Assembly (NCBI GenBank): GCA_028023455.1
Contig: JAQFVV010000008.1
Span: 12,338,001 to 12,402,000 of the forward strand
Origin: Epiperipatus broadwayi
Taxonomy: Eukaryota; Animalia; Onychophora
Direction: 5' to 3'
DNA: 64,000 nucleotides
Positions 14,045 to 27,299 of this stretch are shown here, in pieces. The notes beneath the pieces are model-generated. The model was not told where the DNA came from. It saw only the letters and a list, made by a program, of their open reading frames with translations, and searched no databases. Within the stretch, counting starts at the first letter, position 1; every line of letters starts with the position of its first letter. A program made the position numbers and the translations under genes.

Positions 14045-14431
14045 CCAGATCCCACACACATATATAATCAGCGCTCGATTTATATAAGATAGCTAATCTT
14101 CAAACTTTAATGGACAGGCTTCAATCTACTCCACCCTCCAACTCTCATCCATATCATTGAAAATTTTGATGATGGAACACCCAAATTCCTTGTTGATGCC
14201 AATATTATAGTCATCCATGTTGACTTTAAGTCACTCTGACCACTCATGTATAGGACCTTATCCATTTAAATACACAAAAGAGGGATGGGCAAGAAACAGG
14301 CTGAATCTGTAATATTTGAAATGCAAGTATACTTATATATATATATATACTTGGAGTACAATTTGAGGATTTTCTATCTTAATATAAACTGAGCACTGAT
14401 TATATTTATGTATGAAAGGTAATGATCTGGA

Positions 14432-14473
14432 CCAAAGGATGAATGCTGGTTTAGCACAAAATACATATATTGG
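14432..14473 (+). ncRNA. Degenerate minimal type I hammerhead ribozyme, copy B
   Basis: ccaa AGGATGA ATGCTG GTT TAGCAC AAA ATACATAT A ttgg; core mutated. Confidence 0.55.
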
Positions 14474-14604
14474 AGATCATTTATTTTTTTTACATATATG
14501 TGGTTATGTATATTGGTTGTATGAGATAGAATGGATTGCTGAAGGAATCTTGAAAGTCTGTATTCAAATCCCCTATATTATATCTAAACTTCAAGTATAT
14601 ATAT

Positions 14605-16013
14605 TGTAACGTTTATTTATATACGTTACAAATATATTGGCATTTGGTAAAAGCTAAAAAAGTAAATTTAGATTTTTTTTTGATTAGTATAATTTTTGTT
14701 AAAACGTGCAATGAAGGTTAAAATTGTCATTCTTATTTTTTTTTATCTAATTGGAAAGAATAAATGACATACAGATTACTAATCCAGATAAATTAAAAGA
14801 ATTCCAAAAGTATAAGCTAAAAGAAAAATATTTTAGCTAATTAAAGATGGAAGAATAATGCTAAAAAAAAAGAGAACTTTGTAACTTAAATTTAAGAGAG
14901 AGTGTATAAGATTATTATCTTATACGCTGATAAAAAGACAAAAGAGTGCGCAGAAGTTCCAAAAATGGAGCGCGATATAAAAAGGAGATGACAACTTCAA
15001 AGTGGGTCTTCTCTTTAACTTCTAGTTACGTCTCTGAAAGTTGGAGGTTTCCACGAGCATAACCTGTGGCAAGAAATATACTTCTACACAGGTATGCCCC
15101 TTGCTGTACCAAGCTGTCACGCAAGCATGGAAACAGGACTTGTGAAGACCGCTTTTTGCAAGAAAAGGGTCACTACAACCGTGTCTTTTCTCCAGCTATA
15201 GAACGGAACAATAATGGAAGACGCCGGCAGGAGAGACCAATGGAAATTCTCATGATCTGGGATCCCATAAACCTACATGAACTTACCGGTAAGTTAAGAA
15301 TAAATTTTCCTGATAGTGACTTAAAAGTTTGAAAACAATTATTTATCTAAGCTTAGACTACCATCCTGATATAGACTTTACTTTCACATTCAAGGGACTT
15401 TCTTATAAAGAATTTTATACAAGATCTTGGAACATTATTAAATTGCGTTCATTATTTAATCTAACTGTTTTTGTTAATCGATTCATTATCTGGATTAGCA
15501 TGTGTGTACTTTCCAGTTTAGTTAATTCGTAATTTAACTTATAAATATTTTAGTTTGTTAGAATAAAAGAGATTATACTTTTATCAACCTTTTCATTGTG
15601 CGTTATTAATAGTAGTTATTATTTTTTATTATTAAATCTATTAGTAGTTTAATAAGATTTAAAAATGTAATTTTATATGTTTGAATAAGCCCAGGAATAA
15701 TAATCTTAAAAAAATTAATTCTTGTAACGGTATGATGTAATACCGATTAGTTTAAAAGTATTTTTTTTTATTTGTGAGATGTTATATGACGATTTCAGCG
15801 AATTCTTAGGAATTCTGGCGCCCAGATTAAATAAATTAAAAGCTGATTTCGTCGATAGCACAATTCTCAACAATTAATAGGCCGAGTTGATCAGGAAATA
15901 TAGCTATGTTTTTAGAATAGAAATATAACTTTCTTCTTTTTTGACATAGCTTGATCAACTCATGCGCAGTTTATATTAGCGTGTAGAGGCCTAGTAAAAT
16001 GAAAAACGTTACA
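14605..16013. mobile_element. Young solo-LTR-like element (1409 bp), probably Gypsy type
   Basis: TGTAACGTTT...AAACGTTACA 10-bp terminal inverted repeat; ATAT on both flanks (14601-14604, 16014-16017); CpGs retained; no convincing coding capacity. Confidence 0.7.
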
Positions 16014-16025
16014 ATATATATATAT

Positions 16026-16440
16026 TGTGCCGGTCAAAACCTGTTCATCCATCTAACATGAGCTGGAACTCACAAAATGTACTTCAAACCCAGTCAAGCC
16101 CAATATTTAAGTCAGGGACCAGCCTGGATTCGAACCCACTCTCTAAGCTCCAGATCTAACACCTAATGAATAACATAATAGTGATGGCACATGAGAATTA
16201 ATCTTAATCTGGCCGACTAGCAAAGCTGAGAAGACAATGAGACATCTATTACTATGACTAAACTAAAAGATATATAAGCATGGCTGTAATATGTGGAAGT
16301 GGAGGAAAAAGGAATATGAACTACTCAAATAAGTTAGACAATAATATATTTTAATATACTGACAAATTATTATACATTTATAAATTAAGTACATTAGTAT
16401 GTGCATGAATGAGCAAGCGGTAGATAATTACATAGTGTCA
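16026..16440. repeat. LTR-like or tRNA-related repeat fragment containing a Pol III B-box-like motif
   Basis: TG...CA ends next to an (AT)n tract; minus strand GGGTTCGAATCC at ~16127-16138; loosely similar to ~61400-61600. No matching TSD. Confidence 0.35.
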
Positions 16441-18239
16441 TTCACGCTATTATTTCTCATATGCTCTTTATTAGCTAAATAATATATTACAAATAAACAC
16501 ACATCTTTGCTGGGTCCAATATTAAGACGCCAATCAGTATTAGAAAGAAGTTACACAAAATTGCTATTAACACTTTGATTTACGGTTCTGAAACATGGTG
16601 ACTAACATATATTAGGGGAGCATTCTGAGATTCATTACAGATATAAATACAAACTATTTTCCTGCCATTATGGTCGTGAAAATACATAAAATACATTTGA
16701 AAACATTTGATTATATTTAAACCTATGACAAAATATTTAATGACAAATTATTTTAACAATAGTAAGACGAACGCTTTATTTTCCCCAAGGCATATAGATA
16801 CTCTTAAATATAGATAATATAAATTATGAAGGTAGGATTGTATATGATTGAAATAAACTTAATTAATAAAATAGAAGTAATTGGCATTTATATATATCTT
16901 TTAAGCAAAGCTTAATTTTAATATTAGAGCATTAAAACTGGGTCATGAAGCAAAAGAAATAATAATAATAATAGGAAGAAGTTTGCGGTGCTGACATAAT
17001 AACCTGCTTCTGGATGAAAAATGAAATCTCACACCCCCTTCTTGGGTAGTGCTTAGAGAAAAGTGGATAGGTATGGCATGGCCCAGACTTTTGCTGGTAT
17101 AACTGATGCGAGAGGCCTTTTATCTATACGAAGTGAATATGCATAGTGTGTGCCAAACTTATGGGATCACCGCCAGAGGCATTTTATACGAAATAAATGT
17201 GGTTCCAGATAGCTCAACTATCTATGGAATGAGGTACGAAAAAAATCTATGGGTTCGAACTTGTCGCAACCCCCAGATTAAAAGCACATAATATATATAT
17301 ACAAAGATAGGCTAAATGACAGAAATGCAGTAATGATACATGTCTCTAACAACATTGAATAAATTTTACTGCTTTAAAATAAATGACCCTTGTTTGAATA
17401 CTATAATATGCCATGCAATTATAATATATATATATATATGTAGAGAGAGAATATTTCATTTAACAAAATATACGTTAAGATTTTACCTAGTAAAAGAAAC
17501 ATTAAGATTTACATTTCAAATTAATAAACTATACATTAAGATTTGATTTAGTAACAGAAACATTAAGATTCACCCCCATCCCTTTTCTGATATTTAAAAT
17601 AAATCAATCCCACTTTCATTGATTTTACAATAAATGAAATATATAAGTACTTTATTTGATATTTTAAGCATAGACTATTTTAAGAGTCTAGAAAAAAAAT
17701 AACTAGCAGTTATATAGAAAACAAATAATCGGTCACCTTTTTAGAAATGAATAAAAAATATTTTTATAAGATTTCAAAGCGTTAATTAACTTGAGTTCTG
17801 GATTTACACAGGGTAGAAAATCCAGAATTAAACAAATATATTTTTATAATAAATAAAATGTTGACTTGAAAAACAATCTGGCGAGTATATTAATTAATAA
17901 TGCATAGTTTTAAATGGACGTTAATAACTTGCTTTGTGAAGGTTTACTTAAAAAATGACAGAAAAGATTTTTATAAATTAAAAATAGCCAGTTTGTTTGA
18001 GATTAGCAAATTAATAAAAAAAAAAAGCATATATATATAATCAAGTAATAAATAACTATAAATAATTGACTGCACTAAAGTTAAAGAAAGTTAAGAGCAT
18101 ATGAGATAGGATTAGATATAAAGAAATCATTTGAGAGCAAAATTACATTCACAGATATATATATATATAAAAGGCAAAGTTAAAGAATACATGAGAAGAG
18201 ATCTTGATAGATTATATAGACTAAATTGACTATTAGGTG

Positions 18240-18451
18240 GCGGCTTGGAAATTTACCTTGCAATTTTAAGAGTCCATTTTAAAGTATGGCACGTGCATGG
18301 TGATTGAAATGCAAGTACTTCGGTGGCAGGAAACTTCTATTAGCATTCTAAAGTTCTTTTTAGACCTTTCTTCATTTCATGGCAGCAGGATATTACGGTA
18401 GCGGCAGATGATGACCCATAGGGTCGAGAAGAGTGGTGGATTTACTGCTAC
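18240..18451. repeat. LTR-like fragment ending in TACA next to an (AT)n tract
   Basis: GC-richer, CpG-retaining segment ending ...actgctaca|atatatatat; other end not identified. Confidence 0.35.
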
Positions 18452-20712
18452 AATATATATATAAAGTATACTTGTAGTTCAAATATTACTAAAAGCAGAT
18501 TATAAAATGTTTAATGTCGGGATAAAATATGGATTAGGAATAATTTGCATAAATTGTGGGTTGAGGGAAAAATTGCTAACATAATTTCAAAATATGTAAT
18601 AGCAGAGATAACAAAAGGTAATATGATTTATAAAAGACATAAAAATAATATGCATCATCCAAGTTTTGAAAGCTGGGAAAATCAAAACCCCAGTGGAAGC
18701 AGCAATAGCCAATCAATAGTTATAAAGGCAGAAACAGATGAATCAGAAATGAGGAAAACCAACCACCATGAATCACAAAAGTGGAAAACAACATAGGAAT
18801 AATTAAAGACAAATTGATAGAGGTAAATGATGAGAGACAACAGATGTCAATGATATGAATCTACAGAAAAGCACAGCTGAAAATATGAGAAGACTGCAAA
18901 GAGAGAAAAATCCACCCAGGTATCTACTTTTATTAGAAAACTGTTCATGGAAGTGGAAATCCAGTCCTGCTTAGTGATGGGGAAATATTATATACATATA
19001 TTTAATTAGTTAGAAAATAATTAAGCTTATCTGTGTCCAATACATTGAAATTTAATTAAACTTATCTAAATCTGTTAGTTTTGGAATTATTAATCTTTAT
19101 TTAATTAATTAACCCCCCCCCTTACTATGTTCATTATTAACTGCACAGAATCATTATAATATTTGCCTTTGTTATGTTGTTTAAATTTTTCCGGCTTAAT
19201 AAGAAGAAACAAATGTCTTATAAAGAAACTATTTTCTGTATATCAGTTTTTCCATGTCAAATATAAAACAACTAGGATTCGATTTATCTAATCATTGTGG
19301 CTAGTTTGTAATAGTATTATTGTTTAAGAGATATATATATAGCTTTCCATTCTTATACAGTATCTGAAATAATACACATCTTTATTCAATTTATAATAAA
19401 ACTCAGAGTTTCTATCCTCCTACATAAAATAATTGTTAATATGTTAAACATATGCCATTTCTTTAGAAACAAACAAAAAAATTACTCCACCAAATGTACA
19501 TATGATTATAAACAATCATTTTTATTGAAGCTTACATATGGCGTTATATGGGTGTTTATATTTGATTATAGTATCATTTAAATTTAATTTTGAAAATATT
19601 ATCAGAATTGAATTTTAGTTTTGAAAAGAAAAAAAAATCACTAAGTATCAATTTACACAAAATATCAACAAAATTATAATAAAATATATCTTATAATTTT
19701 AGCAATATTTTCTGCTAGCTATATTATATGCCTATATATTTTTCAAATTGCATTATTTTTCTTCTGTTTTATTTTTCTTAAAGATTGAAGTTTTTTTTTT
19801 TTTAAATAATCACTTTAAAATCTTGAAAGTGGTGCTTTCAATTAACATTATTTCAATAGTTAAGGTGTTTATTACTTTAATTTGTAAGAAAATGAACTTC
19901 CCTCTTTTTTTTCGGCTAATTTTAGCAGGCATCAATTTTGTTTTGTTAATAGGTAACGAAGGCAAAAGTTTTACCTTTTTTTACTGCCAAGTCAATATTA
20001 TTTTTTATTAGTGTTCTTTGGCCAGTATGAATATATTAATACATTTTTATATTTTTTAATTTTTTATTATTAGAAAACAAATAAATGTTTAATCTGTATA
20101 CATGAACTTTTATTCTTTTCATGACAACGTTTTATTTTATTAATCAGAATAAAGATTCTAGTTTAATTTTTTTAAAAAAAATGTTATTTACAGACGTAAA
20201 TGATAAGATGTTATGCAGTGGATTATTTTAAAGAAAATTAATTTCATAGCTTACTATTGATTTTGTTTCTTTTCATTTTTTTTAAAATTTCTTTCACTTA
20301 CTAGAATAACCAATATAAACTGTCTTAATAATTGGCTTTTATTTTTATTACATTCTCATAACTAATACACATTATAAATACTGTACATCAAATTTGCAAA
20401 AAAAAAAAGAAAAAAAGAAAAATCATACGCTTTTAATCCCAAACCAAAAGATGCAATCAATGTAGTCCTATATTAAGTCATTTGGATAATTCCAAATTGT
20501 TCCTCTACGTGATTTTAAGAAGTTATTTAAAAAATTGTAAATTCCCATCTTGTATTTATTAATAGCCATTCATTCTTGTAAAATAATAGAATTAGAGAGG
20601 ATTTGAATCCAGACTTTCAAGCACTTGTTTTAAAATAGTAAATAAACTATTGCAGTCTCCTATACAACCGATCCACATGAACCCACATACATATGAAAAA
20701 AATAAATGATCT

Positions 20713-20754
20713 CCAATATACATATTTCATATTGAACCAGCACTCATCATTTGG
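20713..20754 (-). ncRNA. Degenerate minimal type I hammerhead ribozyme, copy C
   Basis: ccaa ATGATGA GTGCTG GTT CAATAT GAA ATATGTAT A ttgg; retains GAAA. Confidence 0.65.
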
Positions 20755-21057
20755 TCCGAATCATCAATTTCCACACACTCAATTATAGTCAGCGCTCGGT
20801 TTATATTAAGCTAACAAATCTTCAAACTTTAATGGACAGGTTTCAATCCTTTCTATTCTCAAACTCTTCAGCCATCCACATCATTGAAAATCCGATGATG
20901 GTGTATTCAAAGCCAACACACCATCATTAGATCTTCCCTGATATGGATAGCTGAAGAGTAGAAAGGATTGAAGCCTGTCCATTAAAGTTTGAAGATTTGC
21001 TATCTTAATATAAATTGAGTACTGATTATATATATGTGTGGAAGATGATGATCCGAA

Positions 21058-21099
21058 TCAACTGATGAGTGTTGATTCAGCACAAAATATGTATATTGG
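21058..21099 (+). ncRNA. Near-canonical minimal type I hammerhead ribozyme, copy D
   Basis: tcaa CTGATGA GTGTTG ATT CAGCAC AAA ATATGTAT A ttgg; CUGAUGA intact, stem II pairs, only G12>A in the core. Confidence 0.7.
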
Positions 21100-23479
21100 A
21101 GATTATTTATCTTTTTGCTTGTATTTGATCATGTGTACCAATTGTATAAGATGGAGCAGATGACTAAAGGTGTTTGAAAGTTTGGATTCAAGTCCCCTCT
21201 AATTACATCTAGTTTAAAGTATATATACTATACTTATATTTAAATATTAAAAGGAGAAAGCAAATTGATGGTAATTAACTAAAATAGTAAAGAGAATTAT
21301 TTTAACACTTTAGTCTTTTAGAACAGTTTACTTAAAAAATAATAGTCTTTTTAGAATAGTTCCTTTAAATAATTCTTTTTACAAACTTTCTATGCTAGCT
21401 ATATTAAGTAAAAATTTGTTAAAAATTAAATGATTCTCGGCTTTTGTTCAAGGCAGTTATAGATTTTATTTTTTAAATGCTTTTTATTTATCCCCTTGTC
21501 TTAATGAACTTTATATAATTTTTAATTGGATGGAATTCAATCCTGGATCCTTGAAATTGACAAATATTTAAAAGTACTTGAATTCTACTTCATTTTTTTT
21601 TTTTTTTTGGATGCAAAATATATGTCTTAGAAATCTTCACCGAATAACTGATATTTTCTCTTCTGATTAATAATTGTTTACTTTGTCCAGTGTAATGAAT
21701 GGTTAGGAAACTTGTAATTGCTACTAGGAGTGTAGAAGCAAAATTTTTTTAAAATTTATGATCTTTTCATAAAAGGCAAAGAAGAGTCAAACTTTATAAA
21801 ACATGGGAAAATAGTTAGTCAGTATTAAGATTTACTAAACAATCAGAGTTATCAGTTAACCCTTTGAGGTATATTGTTTAATAAATTTTGAATTACTTTC
21901 AGTCTGAAGAAATAGAGAAAACTGCTATTCAAAATACTCTTAATGGTATTCAATAAGAGTACAGTACAGAAGCAGCATATTTTCTTCTGTAATCCCACTT
22001 CCCTTTTTTCAGTTTCCAATATTCACATTCACAAAAAATTATACTACTAGTCATGATTTTAAGATACTTGTATTGTTTACTTCACACATCTTAAAAAAGC
22101 TTTTACTATAATCCTCTTCAATGTTAACTCTGCAGTGAATGTTGATTCTGGATTTTTTGTTGTTCTTTCCACTACACTTTATAAATGTAATATAATCAGC
22201 AGATCTAAAGTTGTTGATTTATCATCAAATCTTGAATCCATGCATGTTTTAATCCAGTCTGATTTTTTTCACAGTACACTCATATATATATATATATATA
22301 AAAGATAGGGAGGAGTGTACAACTCTAATTCTTTTTGTCAATATGCAAACAATTTGATTCATCATTTTGATAAAATAATCTATCTTCTTTTGTATATTTT
22401 AATCCTAGACAGATTTCTCATAAGACAAACAAAATATTTAAATACATCCATTAAAAAAAAACCAACAGTTCATAAATTAATACAGTTGACTTAATCGAGG
22501 ACTTACTAATTAATTTTTAAAAAATAATTAAATACATTTCATATATCAGCAAAAATTCTGATGTATATAAAATGGTTGCAAATTTTTTTCTAGCTTTCTT
22601 CATTAATAACAGTAATTAAAATTATATAATTTAATTAACCACAAGTGATGCTTACAATTTAGATTTTGCTTCAATTATTCACATCATTTTTTAAAATTAA
22701 AATTTGCTCTTTAATATATACAATTTTACATCTATATTTCTAGAAACACTGGACTTGTTTAAAGAATAAGTAAATGCAAAAATGTATAATTGATTTTAAA
22801 AATATTTTACTTCTATCTTATTGTTATAAATGAGTATGCATGTTTGGCTGTAATCCAGACACGATTATTTGATAATAATTGCATTTTTTTTACGTAGAAA
22901 TTAATGTTTTCTCATTCAATTTTGCACTTTTTTTTTTAAAAAAAATAGTTCTTGAATTACAGAAAATTTTAGCAATTGGCTCTCTTAATTACCTAAAAAA
23001 TAGCATTCGAACTATCCCGAATGATTTTGCTTGGCATGTTAAACTGAAATCTATTATTTTACAACTGTTTTTAAAATATTAGAATAAAATGTATTACTGC
23101 CACCCAATGAGCCATCTGATCCAGGTAATAAAGAATAAAATGTAATGTGTGTGGGCACTTAAAATATTAAAAAGTAGATATATGTATTGAATTAGGTTGC
23201 ATTTTACCAGACAGTTTAATGCACTTCTTAAAATGGAAATTTACTTGTGATGACCACATGACACTTCATGACAACTTTCTTAGAATTTTGACCAATCAGA
23301 CTTTAAATTAAATTATCACACAATTATAAGGACTGCACATACTACAATTACATCTTTTTTTTTTTGTAATTTTATTACATGGTAAAAGAAGTATGTATTT
23401 TTTTCTATAATAAATTTTGCATTCTTTATTATTATTTTTGCTTAAAAAGAAATTTTTGAATTTTTTTTTAACACAAAAC

Positions 23480-24900
23480 AATTAAGAAAGACATGGAATA
23501 TTATTAACTTCCCAATAGACATGATCCATGTGATTCTAAGATCTCGCTTCTGGCAGTTTATCTGATAAACATTATCCTATGCCAGGTCATCGTCATAACC
23601 AGATCCTTTTTACTGATAATTTTTACCAACCACACATGTCTACTGAAAATTTTACATGGTTTCCAGGATTGAAATTTCCTGTGACCTATGAGTATACTTT
23701 ATCAGATTTTTCCACTTTTTTTGACAAAGTATTACATGAAAAAATATATTTAGAAACTAATAAATATGTTATAAAATGAAAAAAAGTTCTCAACTGGATC
23801 AATCTATAACTTAGTGAATTATCCATATTTTTTGACATGATAATTCATATTTATTCTGCAATTGTGGTTCATTTAGTCAAAAGAATTCTTAGACAGACAA
23901 TTGCAAAAATTAGATCTGCAATAGATTTTTTGGAATTTTAACTAATTTACATTTCAATGACAATAAAACAAATGCCAAAAATTATTAGTAAAGAGTATGA
24001 CAAAGTTTTTTAAATTAGGTTAATTATAGCCACTGTAATATAACTTTTAAAACTGCATATCAAATGCATAAAGAAGTGGCAGTTGATGAAGCTATTTCCA
24101 AATTTATGAATCATAATATCATGAAACAATTGAAAAGGATTCAAATGTTGGGTCTGGGTAAATAGTCATAGTGAATGTCTACCATATGGAATTTACACAG
24201 GCAAAAGTCCAACTTCAGGTGCTGAACTTTGTCTGGGAACTCTAACTATGCTGTCAGTTGTTGCAAAATAGAATCACATTACTTTTTTGTAACAGATATT
24301 TTACTAGTGTACAATTAGTGAAAGAACAATCTGCAAGCTAATTCTCTTGCTGTGGTGCATTCAAAGCTAATAGGAAAAGTATTCTAGACAGCATCTGTGG
24401 AAAATATAAAAATGTTAAAACATGAAAAGAGAAGACTCCAATTCTGTAGTTGATAAAGATAGTTATCTTCAGTTTTTTATTTGGATAAATAAGACTCCAG
24501 TTCTTATACTTAATAATGCTTAACCACCATCTGAAAATATTGTTTTTAAAATACAGAAAGATGGTATATAAAATTTATACCCATGCTCATCTTGAACCAA
24601 CAATTGCTTCATTGGTGGTGTTGGTTTAGGCAATCAGAATGGCATATGCACTTATTCTGCACTGTTTGATATGGATATTTTGAATATCTATATTGTGTAT
24701 TTATTATATGTGGCCAAGAAACAACTAAAGGCCAAAACAATTTTGAAATTTTGAATAGCCTTATCAAAAGTGCATATAGGCAACTTCTCGTCTAGGAAGA
24801 TGAACTGTAAACTTTTCTATATACCTCATCTGGTTCATCTATTATGATATCATATCCTGCCTGATTTGCAAATTAAAAATGCTCCAAATAAAGGATATGC
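23480..24900 (+). mobile_element. piggyBac-family transposase remnant
   Basis: FFDKVLHEKIYLETNKY (ORF 23579-23779); EVAVDEAISKF (~24070-24105); GAFKANRK (~24355); WINKTPV (~24480); NCFIGGVGLGNQ (~24600, cf. YN..MGGVD..DQ). Multiple stops. Confidence 0.8.
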
Positions 24901-25029
24901 ACTAGAAAAATAAAATACAATATGAAATGTTTTGGCTATGTGGAGGATAGGTTAGTTCCTTTATGAAAAAGCAATAAGAGGCTGCTTTTAAGCCTATTAT
25001 ACTGTACTGGTAATCTGGAGGGTCCATCT

Positions 25030-26540
25030 TTAAATATGACTAATCAATGCAATTTCCATGGAGTCATATGTAAAACAGATAATAATGGAAATGATTGAAC
25101 CTGAAATAGGCAATATTTCCCAATCATCTCCACAAAATCAATACTAGTGATTTAAAATAGGTTTCCCAGTCACAAATAATTGAAATAAAAAGGCATGCAT
25201 TTTCAGCCTTTATTCAGTCACTATGCTGAATGGACTAATGCCAAATAGTATAATTCCTTAATTCATGAAAACATTTGGCATTTGTCTAGTGGGTAAACAT
25301 TCTCTCTAATTTAAATTCTTTTTTTTTTTCTGATAAGCATGGAACTGATAAGTGCTAATGTGAACATTTGAAATTCATGAAGATATACTAAATGTCACCC
25401 ATAACTTAAATTTTATAACTAATAATCATTTTTTTAACTAATATACACACAAAGTTAAAAATAATTATTTTACATTCATAAACTAGTTAAGCATATAAAA
25501 ATGAATAGATAAAAGTACCTTAGTAACTAGTACATATAAAATAAATTCCAATAAAATAATCAGATTATATTGACTTAAAGCCTTTTAATATTTTTATTTT
25601 ATTTTTAAGTTTCAACAGGAATAGTTTCACCATGGTATTTTTTTTTAGAACTTCCATTATTGATTAGCATTGGATGAAAACTTGTGATATTTCTTTTTCC
25701 AGTTTATTCAAATTAAATGTTTTGTTTTTAAAAGTTGTGATATTTCTTTTTCCAGTTTATTCAAATTAAATGTTTTGTTTTTAAAAGTTGATAGGAGCAC
25801 ACATTCTTCATAGGTATTTTAGTTAATCCAGGCCTGACATTAAATTCTGAGTTCAGGTAGTTTTCAGAAGACAGCTACATGATTACTATGAGTTGGTATA
25901 CTTTAAGTTAATTAGCAATGCATATTCTATGGCTGTATTAACAAATAGTAGTTATTATTCATAAAGCAAATATTCCATTTCTATCAAGAATGATTTATAT
26001 TTAATCAATTGCAGCAACATAATTTTCCAAACAGCAATATATTTTTTAGATACATCAGAGTTTTTACTGTTCTTTTCAAGAATTACACTACAATGATTTT
26101 TTAAATTCTTAAACCAGCAACAATGAAAGAATGTTTTACCATCTTTTAATCTTTTTTGAACCCTTTTACATTTTTTAAAAATTAAAATATATAATTGATT
26201 GATAATTAAAAGTACATAATAAATTGGAAACTTTTTTAATTTTCTAATACTAACCAGATTTGCCGATTCATTTTTTAATCTACAATTCTAACCAAATCAA
26301 CTTTTTTAAAATAAAAAAAATTCAAGCTCTTTTGCTTTAAGTGATCCTACATAGATTAAGTTCTATTAAAATTTATTTTAATAAATGTTATATAACAAGT
26401 TTTTATTTATTTTTATTTGCTTATTGAATCCAAGTAAGATAATTTTTTATATCTCATCCATGCATGCATTAAAAAAAAATTATTTAAAATTATTTTTATC
26501 ATCCAATATATGCTTAATATATCATCTGTGTATGTTAGTG
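25030..26540 (+). repeat. ~1.5-kb non-coding repeat unit, copy 1
   Basis: Colinear, roughly 80% similar by eye, with 28790-29391 + 34059-34755 + ~39678-40130. Confidence 0.85.
25682..25790 (+). repeat. Perfect 2 x 53-bp tandem duplication
   Basis: ttgtgatatttctttttccagtttattcaaattaaatgttttgtttttaaaag at 25682 and 25735; single copy in the paralogous unit. Confidence 0.95.
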
Positions 26541-27299
26541 CCTACTATACTTCCCCCTCCCCCCATTTAAAAAATGAGAACAATAAAAACAAATATTTTA
26601 CTTCTCATTCTTTTTATACTTTATTCTAGTGGTACAGTTTTCTTACCACATTCCACATTTTTTTAAAAATTGAACAAGTAAATTACACATGGACATTTTT
26701 ATCAATAAATGCTACACCATTGAATTTCTGCTGTTGCCTGGCTTCTGTCCGTATAAATTAATCATCCGAATCATCTTCTAGATACCAAAACTGAAATAGC
26801 AAAGCAATACATAATCATGAATACCCTAGGAGTTAGAAAATATATTCAATCCTCATACACTTGGCACTATACTGTAAATGTAGCCATATAACTTTCATAT
26901 ATTTACTAAAGTCACTGACTGGGATGTATAGATAAAATCAAAATACCTCTAGCAGGTAACTATCTGTAATAAATGAAGAGTTTATTCCCTTAAAAACAAA
27001 CAGCATGGATTCATTTTGAATTACCACCATTCATATCCAGTAACTTCACTTCAACCTTTTACATGTATCAATCTAATAAGACAAATTATTTATATGAATC
27101 ATTCAAATGAATGCAAAGCCTAGCATAACATTTAATCTTCAATAGTCAAGCACTATATTTTCATTTCTGCCACAATTATACTTCTCAAAAAAACATGTTG
27201 CACTCATTATCTAGTCATATTCAATGGGAATCATCATATAAGTTTTAAAAATTATTGCATGGAATAAGGTCAAAATCACTAATGTCAAACACTATAGCT

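Larger units (their letters stand above)
13905..14604. mobile_element. Inverted pair (copy A minus, copy B plus) of the hammerhead-bearing PLE-like repeat family
   Basis: ~13905-14095 is the reverse complement of ~14375-14570; same family as 20585-21230, 48891-49085 and 58280-62690. Confidence 0.85.
12200..19130 (+). mobile_element. Decayed Ty3/Gypsy element with related LTR fragments at both ends, interrupted by nested insertions
   Basis: Gag-like EYDVALRDLEKNFTYGQFLEETL...FREQLLTDSKLT (~12950-13110); CCHC remnant ~13255-13320; protease/RT remnants to ~13900; integrase tail ORF 18545-18796 and RRLQREKNPPRYL (~18885-18925); purine tract gatggggaaa ~18978; shared LTR segment aatttaattaaacttatcta..ttaatcttta at ~12240 and ~19048. 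Confidence 0.6.
20585..21230. mobile_element. Inverted pair (copy C minus, copy D plus) of the hammerhead-bearing PLE-like repeat family, forming a ~650-bp foldback
   Basis: 20585-20880 is the reverse complement of ~20945-21205 (e.g. cttcaaactttaatggacagg vs cctgtccattaaagtttgaag). Confidence 0.9.

Noticed and set aside
15066-15532. ORFs inside the solo-LTR-like element
   Set aside because: No gag, pol or env similarity; expected by chance in GC-richer sequence.
17796-17827. 10-bp stem hairpin as a hammerhead stem II
   Set aside because: Flanks lack recognisable core and stems I/III.
21856-21870. TTAA-CCCTTT as the left end of the piggyBac element
   Set aside because: No matching right TIR found and 1.6 kb from the transposase remnant; boundary unsupported.
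22231-22247. Minus-strand TCMDSR, the beta-carbonic anhydrase motif
   Set aside because: No downstream RNAG or HxxC motifs, and the frame closes quickly; likely chance.
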